The position numbers and the translations under genes are program-made. From the NCBI GenBank assembly GCA_013333935.1, contig JABCNV010000002.1:48060-112059 (forward strand): a stretch of 64,000 nucleotides of DNA, given 5' to 3'. Source of the stretch: Prevotella sp. Lineage in GTDB: Bacteria > Bacteroidota > Bacteroidia > Bacteroidales > Bacteroidaceae. Under the pieces are notes generated by a model, which worked only from the letters and a program-made list of their open reading frames with translations, had not been told where the DNA came from and ran no database searches. Below, in pieces: positions 1-8,496 of this stretch (the first letter of the stretch is position 1; each line of letters begins with the position of its first letter).

Positions 1-323
1 ATAAGCGAGCGGAATGTCTGCATTAGCGAGATGCCTGCTGCCTTGATGGCTGTGAGTTCCGAACTTTCGCCAAGGTTCCCGAATGCAATCAGCGAGCTTA
101 GCAAAATAGCCAGCGGCAGGGCTTGCGGTACGAGCATAATGCCCATATACCAGAAGAATTGAGCCAGCACATCAAGCGTAAGTCCCTTTCCGATAAGGGT
201 GTCGATATACTTCCAAAGGAACTGCATCATCAGTACAAACTGACAGATGAAGAAGGTTCCGACAAAAAGAAGCCCAAATTGGCGGGCAATAAATATGTCG
301 AGTTTCTTAATGCGAAGCGTCAT
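1..323 (-). CDS. LptF/LptG (YjgP/YjgQ) family permease, N-terminal part; the gene runs off the window start
   Basis: Reverse-strand translation from the ATG at 323 (plus-strand cat at 321-323) gives MTLRIKKLDIFIARQFGLLFVGTFFICQFVLMMQFLWKYIDTLIGKGLTLDVLAQFFWYMGIMLVP..., open to the window edge. This is an LptF/LptG-like membrane-permease N-terminus. The plus-strand ORF 123..497 is antisense to it. Confidence 0.65.
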   Translation of the reverse strand, partial: MTLRIKKLDIFIARQFGLLFVGTFFICQFVLMMQFLWKYIDTLIGKGLTLDVLAQFFWYMGIMLVPQALPLAILLSSLIAFGNLGESSELTAIKAAGISLMQTFRSL

Positions 324-506
324 AAACAGTATTGTAGCAGCCACTCTTTCTTATATAATGTCGTGGCGCTCTGTCTTGCAAAGTTAAGGGAAAAATATAA
401 GAAACTGCCCTTTTTGCCCTTTTTTATCTTTTCTTCTCGGAAAATCTCGTTAACTTTGCCTTGTGGCAGAAACCACAGGATATTGCCTTTTTATTGAAAT
501 CATTAT

Positions 507-1211
507 ATGCAATTGCAACCCCTTCACAATATAAAGCTTGTGGCTTTTGATGCTGACGACACGCTCTGGGACTGCCAGGGCCATTTCAATTCCGTCGAAA
601 AGGCTTATTGTGAATTATTGTCTTCGTTCGGTTCGCACGACGAAATTTCCAGCCGTCTCTTTTCTGTCGAGAATGCAAATATGCCGTTACTGGGCTATGG
701 CAGCAAGGCTTTCACGCTGTCAATGGTTGAGAATGCCGTCCGGATTTCGGGCGGCAAGCTAAGCCATGAGCAGCTTTTGAAGATTATCAGCCTGGGGAAA
801 TCGCTTCTCCGTCTTCCGGCAACGCCTCTTCCGGGCGTCGTAAACACACTGCGACGGCTGCGCGAATTGCAACGCTATAGCATGGTAGTGTTTACGAAAG
901 GAGATAATCTTGAGCAGGAGAATAAGTTGGTGCGGTCGGGGCTTTCCGAGTTTTTTAAAGACGTAATAGTGGTTTCTGACAAGACGAAACACGAGTACAC
1001 CCGTCTTTGTGACATGTTTGACACCGATATAAACCATCTTTGTATGGTGGGAAATTCGTTTAAATCGGATATCGCCCCCGTGCTGCAGCTGGGCGGTTAC
1101 GGGGTGTATGTACCTTATAAACTGATGTGGAAACACGAAGAGGGTGAAGTGTTCGGCCACCCTCATCTTCGTGAGGTCGGCCACATTGGGCAAATCATGA
1201 ATTTACTTTAA
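507..1211 (+). CDS. HAD-superfamily hydrolase
   Basis: HAD motif I FDADDTLW at the N-terminus, and a GNSFKSD motif IV-like segment. Confidence 0.75.
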   Translation: MQLQPLHNIKLVAFDADDTLWDCQGHFNSVEKAYCELLSSFGSHDEISSRLFSVENANMPLLGYGSKAFTLSMVENAVRISGGKLSHEQLLKIISLGKSLLRLPATPLPGVVNTLRRLRELQRYSMVVFTKGDNLEQENKLVRSGLSEFFKDVIVVSDKTKHEYTRLCDMFDTDINHLCMVGNSFKSDIAPVLQLGGYGVYVPYKLMWKHEEGEVFGHPHLREVGHIGQIMNLL

Positions 1212-1215
1212 GAAA

Positions 1216-1884
1216 ATGGAACAGCGAGTTTTACATGCCCTTACCAAGTGTCCGCTGTTTGCGGGCATGACGTCTGTTGAAATAGAGGTCAGCATGGCTG
1301 GCGTAAGCTACAGCATTGTCAATTACGATAGTCACGACATTTACGCGCTTACGGGTATGCCCTGCAAAACGCTCGACATTGTTGTACGTGGTGTTCTGGT
1401 GTGCCGCATGTCGTCATTGTCGGGCAGACAGGTTGAGGTGAGCCGATTGCGTGAGGGTAACCTTGTGGCCCCAGCCTTTATCTTCGGCAAGGACAACAGT
1501 ATGCCCGTGGGCGTTGAAACCGATACAGACGTCACCGTTCTGCGCATGCAGAAGCCTGTGTTCCGCAGTTTGATAGGCACAAATGAGCAGATTCGCGACA
1601 ACTTTATCCGGGTATTGTCGAACATCAATGCTTTTCTGACCCACCGCATGCGTGTGCTAAGCCTTTTCACCGTTAAGGAAAAGGTGGCTTATCTGCTTCT
1701 TGAGCGGGCGGGAGAACAGGGTTCGAACGTCGTCCACCTGTCGCGCTCGCGTCAGGAAATAGCCGATTCGTTCGGCATCCAGAAGTTTTCTTTGCTGCGC
1801 GTTCTTGCTGATTTTGCAAAGGCCGGCGCCATCAGAATTAACGGTCGTGAGGTAACTATCCTTGACCGTTCGAAGATGAGATAA
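1216..1884 (+). CDS. Crp/Fnr family transcriptional regulator
   Basis: About 220 aa, with an N-terminal cNMP-binding-like domain and a C-terminal HTH (RQEIADSFGIQKFSLLRVLADFAKAG). Confidence 0.7.
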   Translation: MEQRVLHALTKCPLFAGMTSVEIEVSMAGVSYSIVNYDSHDIYALTGMPCKTLDIVVRGVLVCRMSSLSGRQVEVSRLREGNLVAPAFIFGKDNSMPVGVETDTDVTVLRMQKPVFRSLIGTNEQIRDNFIRVLSNINAFLTHRMRVLSLFTVKEKVAYLLLERAGEQGSNVVHLSRSRQEIADSFGIQKFSLLRVLADFAKAGAIRINGREVTILDRSKMR

Positions 1885-2212
1885 GCTCTTTCAGCACTAC
1901 AGCGTTGTTGTGCTCTTCGTCCCTGGCACTGAAAAGCAGCGTCACGACGTCGTGTTCGCGTACGGCTTTCTTTAGGTTGGCTAAGGCATCGTTTTGCTTA
2001 AGCTCCGTACAGTAGCGCTTCTTAAACTCATCAAAGCGTTCGGGTATGTGGCCAAACCATTTGCGTAATTCTGCAGACGGTGCCACATCCTTGTCCCAAA
2101 GGTCAATTTTTGCATCTTCTTTCCTGATGCCCCGCGGCCAAAGGCGGTCAACCAATATACGGTAACCGTCGGCCTCTTCGGCGGGAAGATAAACTCTTTT
2201 AATCTTAACCAT
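1856..2212 (-). CDS. DUF488 family protein (YeaO-like)
   Basis: 118-aa protein MVKIKRVYLPAEEADGYRILVDRLWPRGIRKEDAKIDLWDKDVAPSAELRKWFGH, typical of DUF488. It overlaps the convergent Crp/Fnr 3' end by 29 bp. Confidence 0.7.
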   Translation of the reverse strand: MVKIKRVYLPAEEADGYRILVDRLWPRGIRKEDAKIDLWDKDVAPSAELRKWFGHIPERFDEFKKRYCTELKQNDALANLKKAVREHDVVTLLFSARDEEHNNAVVLKELISSSNGQG

Positions 2213-2287
2213 ATTTTTTATTGCTTTTATTGTGTCGTGTCTCCCCTCCTTTGGAGGGGTTGGGGGAGGCCTTATTTCCTTAACGTT

Positions 2288-2833
2288 TTATCCTCTTTCC
2301 ACGTTCGTTCCCTCAAGCTGGAGGGCACGGGGGAACACAATCTCGTTTTCAATCCATATATGTTCCATCATGTAATCGCGGAATTCCTTTAGCCTGTCAA
2401 GCACCTGCTGGTATTCCGGCTCGGCTCCCTGGGGCGCAGTATAGTCGTTGGTGAGCTCGCGTATGCGCTCATGGCGGCTCAGTTCGTCGTCATGGTCCGC
2501 CATCATCATGTTGACAGGAGCTTCAATCGTGCCGCAATGGAAAGGCATAATCCGTTGGTTTTGCTCTGCGGCTTCGTAAAGATTCATGATATAGGGAAAA
2601 AGAACCTGTTCCTCTTTCATACAGTGAGTGTCGAGGTCCTGAATGCTGTTGCGGAAGTGATCGGTCACTTTGTCCAGCTCATGATGGCGGTTGTCCACAT
2701 CCAAAAGCAGGTTATATATCTCGGCTCCATACTTGCGCGTGTTGCGATGATGGAATTTCAAGATATAATCAACAAGCAAATCGAGGTCCCATTTCTCAAA
2801 CGGGATGTGCTGTGATGGTGCGGGTTTGTTCAT
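2288..2833 (-). CDS. ric: Iron-sulfur cluster repair di-iron protein RIC (ScdA/YtfE family; ScdA_N domain plus hemerythrin-like domain)
   Basis: The ORF was trimmed to the internal Met (MNKPAPSQHIPFEKWDLDLLVDYILKFHHRNTRKYG...), where plus-strand cat at 2831-2833 is the ATG. Histidine-rich hemerythrin-like repeats (HHELD, HDDELSRHE, MMEHIWIENEIVFP) are present. Confidence 0.75.
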   Translation of the reverse strand: MNKPAPSQHIPFEKWDLDLLVDYILKFHHRNTRKYGAEIYNLLLDVDNRHHELDKVTDHFRNSIQDLDTHCMKEEQVLFPYIMNLYEAAEQNQRIMPFHCGTIEAPVNMMMADHDDELSRHERIRELTNDYTAPQGAEPEYQQVLDRLKEFRDYMMEHIWIENEIVFPRALQLEGTNVERG

Positions 2834-2856
2834 TTTTGTTCTTTTAAATTCTGGTG

Positions 2857-2864
2857 CAAAGATA
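2857..2864 (-). promoter_or_regulatory. putative Bacteroidota sigma-A -7 box (TATCTTTG) for the ric-DUF488 operon
   Basis: The reverse strand reads cctATCTTTGcaccagaatttaaaagaacaaaaATG; the consensus is TAnnTTTG. Confidence 0.4.
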
Positions 2865-3010
2865 GGTTTTATCCGGTCAGGACGAGGTAACAAATGTGTC
2901 TTTACAACGTTAAATATTGCTAAGATGAGCGAAAGATAGGCTTCTATGTTCTGTAATTGTGGTGTAATGATATATATTTGTGCGTGTAACAACCCGTTAA
3001 TCAAACCTGT

Positions 3011-3751
3011 ATGAAATTGAAAACCATTGTCCTTGGGGCTCTTTCTGTCCTGCTTTTATCGGCTTCATGTCATGAGAACAGCAACCAATTGGTTCCCATT
3101 TCGCGTGAAGAGTATGAGGCTGCATTTAAACAATGTGCCCAATATAACTTTATTCCTGACACGCTGGCCGTCGATTCGACCACGCGTTACCGTCTTCAAC
3201 GGTTGCTGACTACTACGTATGGAAAGGACAGCGACTGGGTAAGGTATGCGTGGGCAGGCCGTAATGACGGAGGCTGTCAATACGAAATGGTGTTTGCAGG
3301 ACCCACTGACGAGCTGCACAATATGGTGGTCGACAGTGCCTTTCACGTTGTCCGGGCCGATTCTTCCTCGCGTGGTTCGCTCCCCTTAGAGTATCATGCC
3401 TATTCACGAAAAGGGCTTTATGCCGGCGAATGGTGGTGCGAAGAGGCAGGCAATCCGCCTCTTGATATTCGTATATGGAAGGCTGAAGGCGGCCGCTTCA
3501 GGCGCTTTGCCGAACTCCGCGACTCCACGCTCTGCTTTCCTCATGCGTGGAATTTCCATGGTATTGACGACATCAGGCAACTCATGTTCTGGGGCGACGA
3601 CAATACGTTATACCTGAAATGCCATCGGCTGATAGTGCCGAAGGATAAGAAAATCACTTATAAGGGTTGGTGGAAACACGGCAAGGAGCCGCTCTATTAT
3701 AAGGTAAGGGTGGAGGAGCAGACTGATTTCAGCGAATGGAATAAGGATTGA
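3011..3751 (+). CDS. hypothetical lipoprotein
   Basis: Signal peptide with a lipobox (LLLSASC). No family was recognised. Confidence 0.55.
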   Translation: MKLKTIVLGALSVLLLSASCHENSNQLVPISREEYEAAFKQCAQYNFIPDTLAVDSTTRYRLQRLLTTTYGKDSDWVRYAWAGRNDGGCQYEMVFAGPTDELHNMVVDSAFHVVRADSSSRGSLPLEYHAYSRKGLYAGEWWCEEAGNPPLDIRIWKAEGGRFRRFAELRDSTLCFPHAWNFHGIDDIRQLMFWGDDNTLYLKCHRLIVPKDKKITYKGWWKHGKEPLYYKVRVEEQTDFSEWNKD

Positions 3752-3904
3752 AAAATATTTACTTTTGCGTGTTTCTCCTGACGTTATTTGCAAACGGGTT
3801 GTGCCTTGCGTGCGTATGCGCCGATTCTGACGGTTTTTGTAAGTGTCTGTAAGTCAGACCGGTACATCTTTTTCTATTGTTTTCGTGGCTTCCTGATGCC
3901 GTTT

Positions 3905-4130
3905 TTATCCTGCCTTTACGCCCTGAAGGCAGACTTTCGGCATGGTTCTGCACGTGGCTTAATGGCCTGAAAAATTGGCTTTCAGGCAGCCCGAGCCTTG
4001 CCGCGTCGGTGCAGGCGGCGGGGCATTACGGCATAATAATCCTGCCTTTACGGCGTAAAGACAACAGCTTTACGCCGTAAAGGCATGACGATTACATCGT
4101 AAACGCAAAGCGATTACGTCGTAAAGGGCT
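3905..4130. repeat. AT-rich intergenic repeat family A, copy 1 (CCTTTACGNCGTAAAGG-type palindromic units)
   Basis: atcctgcctttacgcc occurs twice (3907, 4040); cctttacggcgtaaag / ctttacgccgtaaagg is an inverted pair; gattacatcgtaaacg and gattacgtcgtaaagg units are present. Confidence 0.7.
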
Positions 4131-4411
4131 TGTTTCTGTGGTTTTGAGGCCCGAGGATAAGGGTGGAATTCGCCCCAGACGCTGCACAAGCCCCGCCGCC
4201 CGCATGCCGGAACGCCTGAATATATAGCCCCGCGTGCTGAAATCATCATCACGGAATGTTAAAATATTCAGAATTATTTTTACAATTCGTCCCGATGACA
4301 TTTGCCGTCCCTGATGCCGTTCTTACCACTCCGGGGCGGTGAAACTGCCGTGCGTGGCAAGCATTACGCGATTTACTTGACTGAACAAAGCTGTTATTCT
4401 TATTTTTTTGT

Positions 4412-4419
4412 TATCTTTG
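4412..4419 (+). promoter_or_regulatory. putative -7 box TATCTTTG upstream of metF
   Basis: ttgttaTCTTTGtagccaaatatactgataagcagccggcATG. No clean -33 TTTG is present. Confidence 0.35.
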
Positions 4420-4447
4420 TAGCCAAATATACTGATAAGCAGCCGGC

Positions 4448-5404
4448 ATGAATATCACCGATATACTTAACCATAACGACGGGCACCGCAAGTTCTCCAT
4501 CGAGGTGCTTCCGCCCCTGAAAGGTAACGGTACAGAGGTGCTTTTCCACGGCATTGACAGGATAAACGACTTCAATCCCCAGTATATCAATATCACCACG
4601 CATCACAGCGAGTATGTCTACCGCGAGTTGGAGAACGGCCAGTTCGAGCGCCGCCGCGTGCGCCGCCGCCCGGGAACCATCGCCATTGCCGCGGCCATAC
4701 AGCGGCGTTACCACGTGCCCGTGATACCTCACCTGATATGCAGCGGGGCTACAAGGGAAGACATAGAGTATGAACTCATCGACCTGCAGTTCCTTGACAT
4801 CAATAACGTGCTGCTGCTGCGCGGCGACAAGGCCCGCGACGACCGCATGTTCACGCCTACGCCGGGCGGTTACAGTCATACCACGGAGCTTATCGGTCAG
4901 GTGAACCGCTTCAACGAAGGCTTCTTCTTTGACGGCAGTCCCATCAGGCACAGGGGCGAACCGTTCCACTATGGTGTTGCGGCTTACCCCGAAAAGCACG
5001 AGGAAGCGCCCAATATGGAGATGGATATGGCGCGTCTGAAGCAAAAGCAGGACCTTGGAGCAGCCTATGCGGTGACGCAGCTTTTCTATGATAACGCCAG
5101 ATACTTCAGCTTTGTAGAGCGTGCCCGAAAGATGGGAATAACCATTCCTATCATCCCTGGCATCAAGCCCTTTGCCAAGCTTGCGCAGCTTACGCAGGTG
5201 CCCAAGACCTTTCATTGCGACATGCCGCAGGCGCTTGCAGCCGAGGCCGTGAAGTGCTCTACTGACGAAGAGGCGCGCGCGCTGGGCATAGCGTGGACGG
5301 CGCAACAGTGCAGGGAGCTGTACGCTGCGGGGGTGAGCGATATTCATTTTTACACCATCTCGGCCATTGACAGTGTGGTAGAGGTGCTAAAACAGGTTTT
5401 GTAA
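4448..5404 (+). CDS. metF: 5,10-methylenetetrahydrofolate reductase
   Basis: 318 aa with a MetF-like TIM-barrel sequence (SIEVLPPLKG... HLICSGATREDIEYELIDL... LLLRGD). The antisense ORF 4400..5347 is rejected. Confidence 0.85.
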   Translation: MNITDILNHNDGHRKFSIEVLPPLKGNGTEVLFHGIDRINDFNPQYINITTHHSEYVYRELENGQFERRRVRRRPGTIAIAAAIQRRYHVPVIPHLICSGATREDIEYELIDLQFLDINNVLLLRGDKARDDRMFTPTPGGYSHTTELIGQVNRFNEGFFFDGSPIRHRGEPFHYGVAAYPEKHEEAPNMEMDMARLKQKQDLGAAYAVTQLFYDNARYFSFVERARKMGITIPIIPGIKPFAKLAQLTQVPKTFHCDMPQALAAEAVKCSTDEEARALGIAWTAQQCRELYAAGVSDIHFYTISAIDSVVEVLKQVL

Positions 5405-6550
5405 ATGCAGTTTACCGACGTTATAGGACAGCACGAAGCCCGCGAACGGCTTCTCCGGCTTGTGGCAGAGCACCGCGTTCCTCACGCCATGCTCTTTACC
5501 GGCCCCGAGGGAAGCGGTAAGCTGGCGCTGGCGCTGGCGTTTGCTTCTTACCTGCTTGGCGAGCGATATGAGGGGAAGAGCGTGCTCGACAGCGCGGCAG
5601 CGGTGACCAATGCCGAAGCCATGCTGCGCAAATTCGAGCATCCCGACCTTCATTTTTCATACCCCGTAATACGTCCCAGGGGCAGCAGCAGTGAACGAAA
5701 AGTGACGAGCGACGACTTCGCTGCAGAATGGCGGCAACTGCTCAAAGGCGGAGCTTACTTCACCATGAACCGGTGGATGGCGCTCATGGGGGCGGAAAAT
5801 CAGCAGTCGGCCATCTTCGAGGCCGAAAGTGACTTGCTGTCGCACAAGCTCAATATGAAGTCGAGCATGGGAGGCTACAAGGTAAGCGTCGTCTGGTTAG
5901 CCGAGCGCATGAACGTGGAATGCTCGAACAAGTTGCTCAAACTCTTGGAAGAGCCGCCGCAGAAAACGGTGTTTCTGCTGGTCAGCGAGGCGCCCGGGCA
6001 ACTGCTTGAAACCATACGGAGTCGTGTTCAGCGCTTTGACGTGCGCCGCATAAGCGATGAAGATATAGAGCAAGCCCTCACGCAGAGCCGGGGGATAGAC
6101 GCTGCTGATGCGCGCCGTATAGCGCGGTCGGCCGGTGGCAACTGGCTCAAGGCGCTTGAAGCACTGGATGCAGACAACGAGAACAGGCAGTTTTTCAGCC
6201 TCTTCGTCATGCTCATGCGCAAGGCTTATGTGCACGACGTGAAGGAGCTGAAGCACTGGAGCGAGGCTGTTTCGACCTTTGGCCGCGAGAAACAACTGCG
6301 TATGCTGGCTTACTTTCTGCGTATGGTGCGTGAGAATTTCGTCTATAATTTCCGGCAATCGGAGCTGTGTTATATGTCGACGGAGGAAGAAGAGTTTGCT
6401 AAAAACTTCGCCCGCTTCATCAACGAACGTAACGTTGTTGACATCTCACAGCGCCTGCAGCGCGTCATTCGTGACATCGGGCAGAACGCAAACGGCAAGA
6501 TTCAGTTCTTCAATCTTGCCCTGGAGATGGCCATTTACCTGAGACGATAA
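5405..6550 (+). CDS. holB: DNA polymerase III subunit delta'
   Basis: VIGQHEARERLLRLVAEHRVPHAMLFTGPEGSGKLALALAFASYLL; the start overlaps the metF stop (TAAATG). Confidence 0.85.
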   Translation: MQFTDVIGQHEARERLLRLVAEHRVPHAMLFTGPEGSGKLALALAFASYLLGERYEGKSVLDSAAAVTNAEAMLRKFEHPDLHFSYPVIRPRGSSSERKVTSDDFAAEWRQLLKGGAYFTMNRWMALMGAENQQSAIFEAESDLLSHKLNMKSSMGGYKVSVVWLAERMNVECSNKLLKLLEEPPQKTVFLLVSEAPGQLLETIRSRVQRFDVRRISDEDIEQALTQSRGIDAADARRIARSAGGNWLKALEALDADNENRQFFSLFVMLMRKAYVHDVKELKHWSEAVSTFGREKQLRMLAYFLRMVRENFVYNFRQSELCYMSTEEEEFAKNFARFINERNVVDISQRLQRVIRDIGQNANGKIQFFNLALEMAIYLRR

Positions 6551-6581
6551 ACACGATAATGAGAAAAGAATAAAACAAAAT

Positions 6582-7955
6582 ATGAAAGATTGTAATTTAT
6601 GTACGGGCTGTGACCGCGGACTATGCCATGCAGGAGTAGGCCGACAGGACAGGCAGCTCAACACCTATGACTGGTTGGCGGACGTTCCTGGCAATGCAGA
6701 GTCTACCGACTTAGTGGAGGTTCAATTCAAGAATACGCGCAAGGCATATTATCATAACGTCAATAATCTTGACCTGAAAAAGGGTGATGTGGTGGCTGTT
6801 GAGGCCAATCCGGGGCACGATATCGGTGTGGTGACGCTGACAGGACGCCTTGTGAAGTTGCAGATTAAAAAGGCTAACCTCAAGTCGGCCGACGAAATCA
6901 AGCGCATTTATCGTCTGGCAAGGCCTGTCGATATGGATAAATATCGTGAAGCCAAGAGCCGCGAGCATGGCACAATGATACAGAGCCGGCAGATAGCCAA
7001 GGACTTAAGCCTGCAGATGAAGATAGGCGACGTTGAGTATCAGGGCGATGGAAACAAGGCCATTTTTTACTATATCGCCGACGAACGCGTCGATTTCCGC
7101 CAGCTTATCAAGGTTCTTGCCGATACGTTCCACGTGCGCATTGAGATGAAACAGATTGGTGCGCGGCAGGAAGCAGGACGCATTGGCGGAACGGGACCGT
7201 GCGGACGAGAACTCTGTTGTGCCACCTGGATGAAGAGTTTCTCAAGTGTTTCGACAAACGCTGCGCGCATTCAGGACATTTCTTTGAACCCGCAGAAACT
7301 GGCTGGCATGTGTGCAAAGCTGAAGTGTTGCCTTAATTATGAGGTGGACGACTATATGGAGGCCAGCCGACGGTTGCCTCCGAAGGATGTGACGCTGGAG
7401 ACACAGGAGGGTGAATACCATCTGTTCAAGACCGATATATTGGCCGGATTGTGCACCTATTCGTCGGATAAGAATCTTGCTGCCAATCTTGAGACCATCT
7501 CTGCAGCCCGTGCCCGTGAGGTGATAGCGATGAACAAGCGGGGCGAAAAGCCGCAGTCGATGCATCCTGACGGCACTGTAAGGGAGGAAAAAAAGCCGGT
7601 AGACTTGCTTGCTGATGCTGATGTGAGCCGGTTTGACAAGGCAAGGAAGAAGAGGAAATCGCCACGTTGGGGCCGTCGTCAGGGCGATGCTCCGAGAGGT
7701 GACAGGCATAATGTTGCCGTTCAGGGCGGCAAACCTGCCGGTGGTCAGCCTGTAGCCGAGGGTGAACAAGGAGCTGTCCGGAAGAGAAAAGAGGAGTATC
7801 AGGGACAAGGCTATCGCCGCAACGGTGGGCAGAATCGTTATCGTTCAAACCGCCCGCAGCGTCAGGAGCGTCAGGAAAAGCCTGTGGCTGAAAGTGTTTC
7901 GGGCAGTAACGCGCATGAGCATACTACGGCATCTGTGCATGAAGAGGGTGAATAG
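6582..7955 (+). CDS. PSP1 domain protein (YaaT/RicT-like) with a long RG-rich disordered C-terminal tail
   Basis: The holB-yaaT synteny is conserved. The PSP1 core is GDVEYQGDGNKAIFYYIADERVDFRQLIKVLADTFHVRIEMKQIG... CGRELCCATWM, and the last ~140 aa are R/G/Q-rich. Confidence 0.8.
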   Translation: MKDCNLCTGCDRGLCHAGVGRQDRQLNTYDWLADVPGNAESTDLVEVQFKNTRKAYYHNVNNLDLKKGDVVAVEANPGHDIGVVTLTGRLVKLQIKKANLKSADEIKRIYRLARPVDMDKYREAKSREHGTMIQSRQIAKDLSLQMKIGDVEYQGDGNKAIFYYIADERVDFRQLIKVLADTFHVRIEMKQIGARQEAGRIGGTGPCGRELCCATWMKSFSSVSTNAARIQDISLNPQKLAGMCAKLKCCLNYEVDDYMEASRRLPPKDVTLETQEGEYHLFKTDILAGLCTYSSDKNLAANLETISAARAREVIAMNKRGEKPQSMHPDGTVREEKKPVDLLADADVSRFDKARKKRKSPRWGRRQGDAPRGDRHNVAVQGGKPAGGQPVAEGEQGAVRKRKEEYQGQGYRRNGGQNRYRSNRPQRQERQEKPVAESVSGSNAHEHTTASVHEEGE

Positions 7956-7974
7956 AAACAGTCGGATAGAAATA

Positions 7975-8442
7975 ATGAAGCACAGTGTGCTGGGTTTTCT
8001 GTGCATCGGCCTTGTCTGCTGTGCGGTTTCTTGCACGGGAAACAAGGTGTACGACCATTATAATCACACGCCCATAATGGGTTGGGAAAAAGTGGATATT
8101 TTAAAATTTGACGTGCCTAAACTTTCGAAAGGAGGACGTTATTCCACTGATTTGGGTCTGCGGATAGATAATCGTTATCCTTTCATGAGCCTTACGCTTA
8201 TCGTTGAACAGACTGTTTATCCAAGGGGGCATACGCATACAGATACGCTGAATTGCAGTCTGGTGAACGACAAGGGAGGTGTTAAAGGACAGGGGGTAAA
8301 TTGTTATCAGTATCATTTTCGCATTTCGGAAATGAGCCTTAGAGCCAATGATTCGCTGCATATCACCGTGCGACACGACATGAAACGGGAAATAATGCCC
8401 GGCGTTTCTGATGTCGGGATAGAGATAAGCCGACTGTATTAG
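7975..8442 (+). CDS. gldH: gliding-motility lipoprotein GldH
   Basis: Trimmed to the ATG at 7975 (MKHSVLGFLCIGLVCCAVSCTG). It is a ~155-aa lipoprotein in the conserved position after holB and the PSP1 gene. Confidence 0.7.
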   Translation: MKHSVLGFLCIGLVCCAVSCTGNKVYDHYNHTPIMGWEKVDILKFDVPKLSKGGRYSTDLGLRIDNRYPFMSLTLIVEQTVYPRGHTHTDTLNCSLVNDKGGVKGQGVNCYQYHFRISEMSLRANDSLHITVRHDMKREIMPGVSDVGIEISRLY

Positions 8443-8456
8443 TCGGCTCTTTTTTG
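8428..8456. terminator. rho-independent terminator between the convergent gldH and rodA
   Basis: AGCCGACT-gtatt-AGTCGGCT followed by CTTTTTTG. The gldH stop lies inside the stem. Confidence 0.7.
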
Positions 8457-8496
8457 CTTTTTACCGTGCCTTTCCTGGTTTTTTGTCAGGTTTCTT

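Noticed and set aside
123-497. 124-aa plus-strand ORF at the window start
   Set aside because: It is antisense to a clean LptF/LptG-like ORF (1..323, minus) and has a low-complexity product. It is spurious.
4260-4447. SAM or other riboswitch upstream of metF
   Set aside because: No SAM-I, SAM-II or SAM-SAH consensus segments were recognisable by eye. Only a promoter-like -7 box was found.
4400-5347. 315-aa minus-strand ORF
   Set aside because: It is antisense to a full-length, well-conserved metF. This is a GC-rich antisense frame artefact.
7242-7848. Two long minus-strand ORFs (188 and 140 aa)
   Set aside because: They lie antisense within the low-complexity RG-rich tail of the PSP1/RicT gene, and the repetitive codons keep the frames open.
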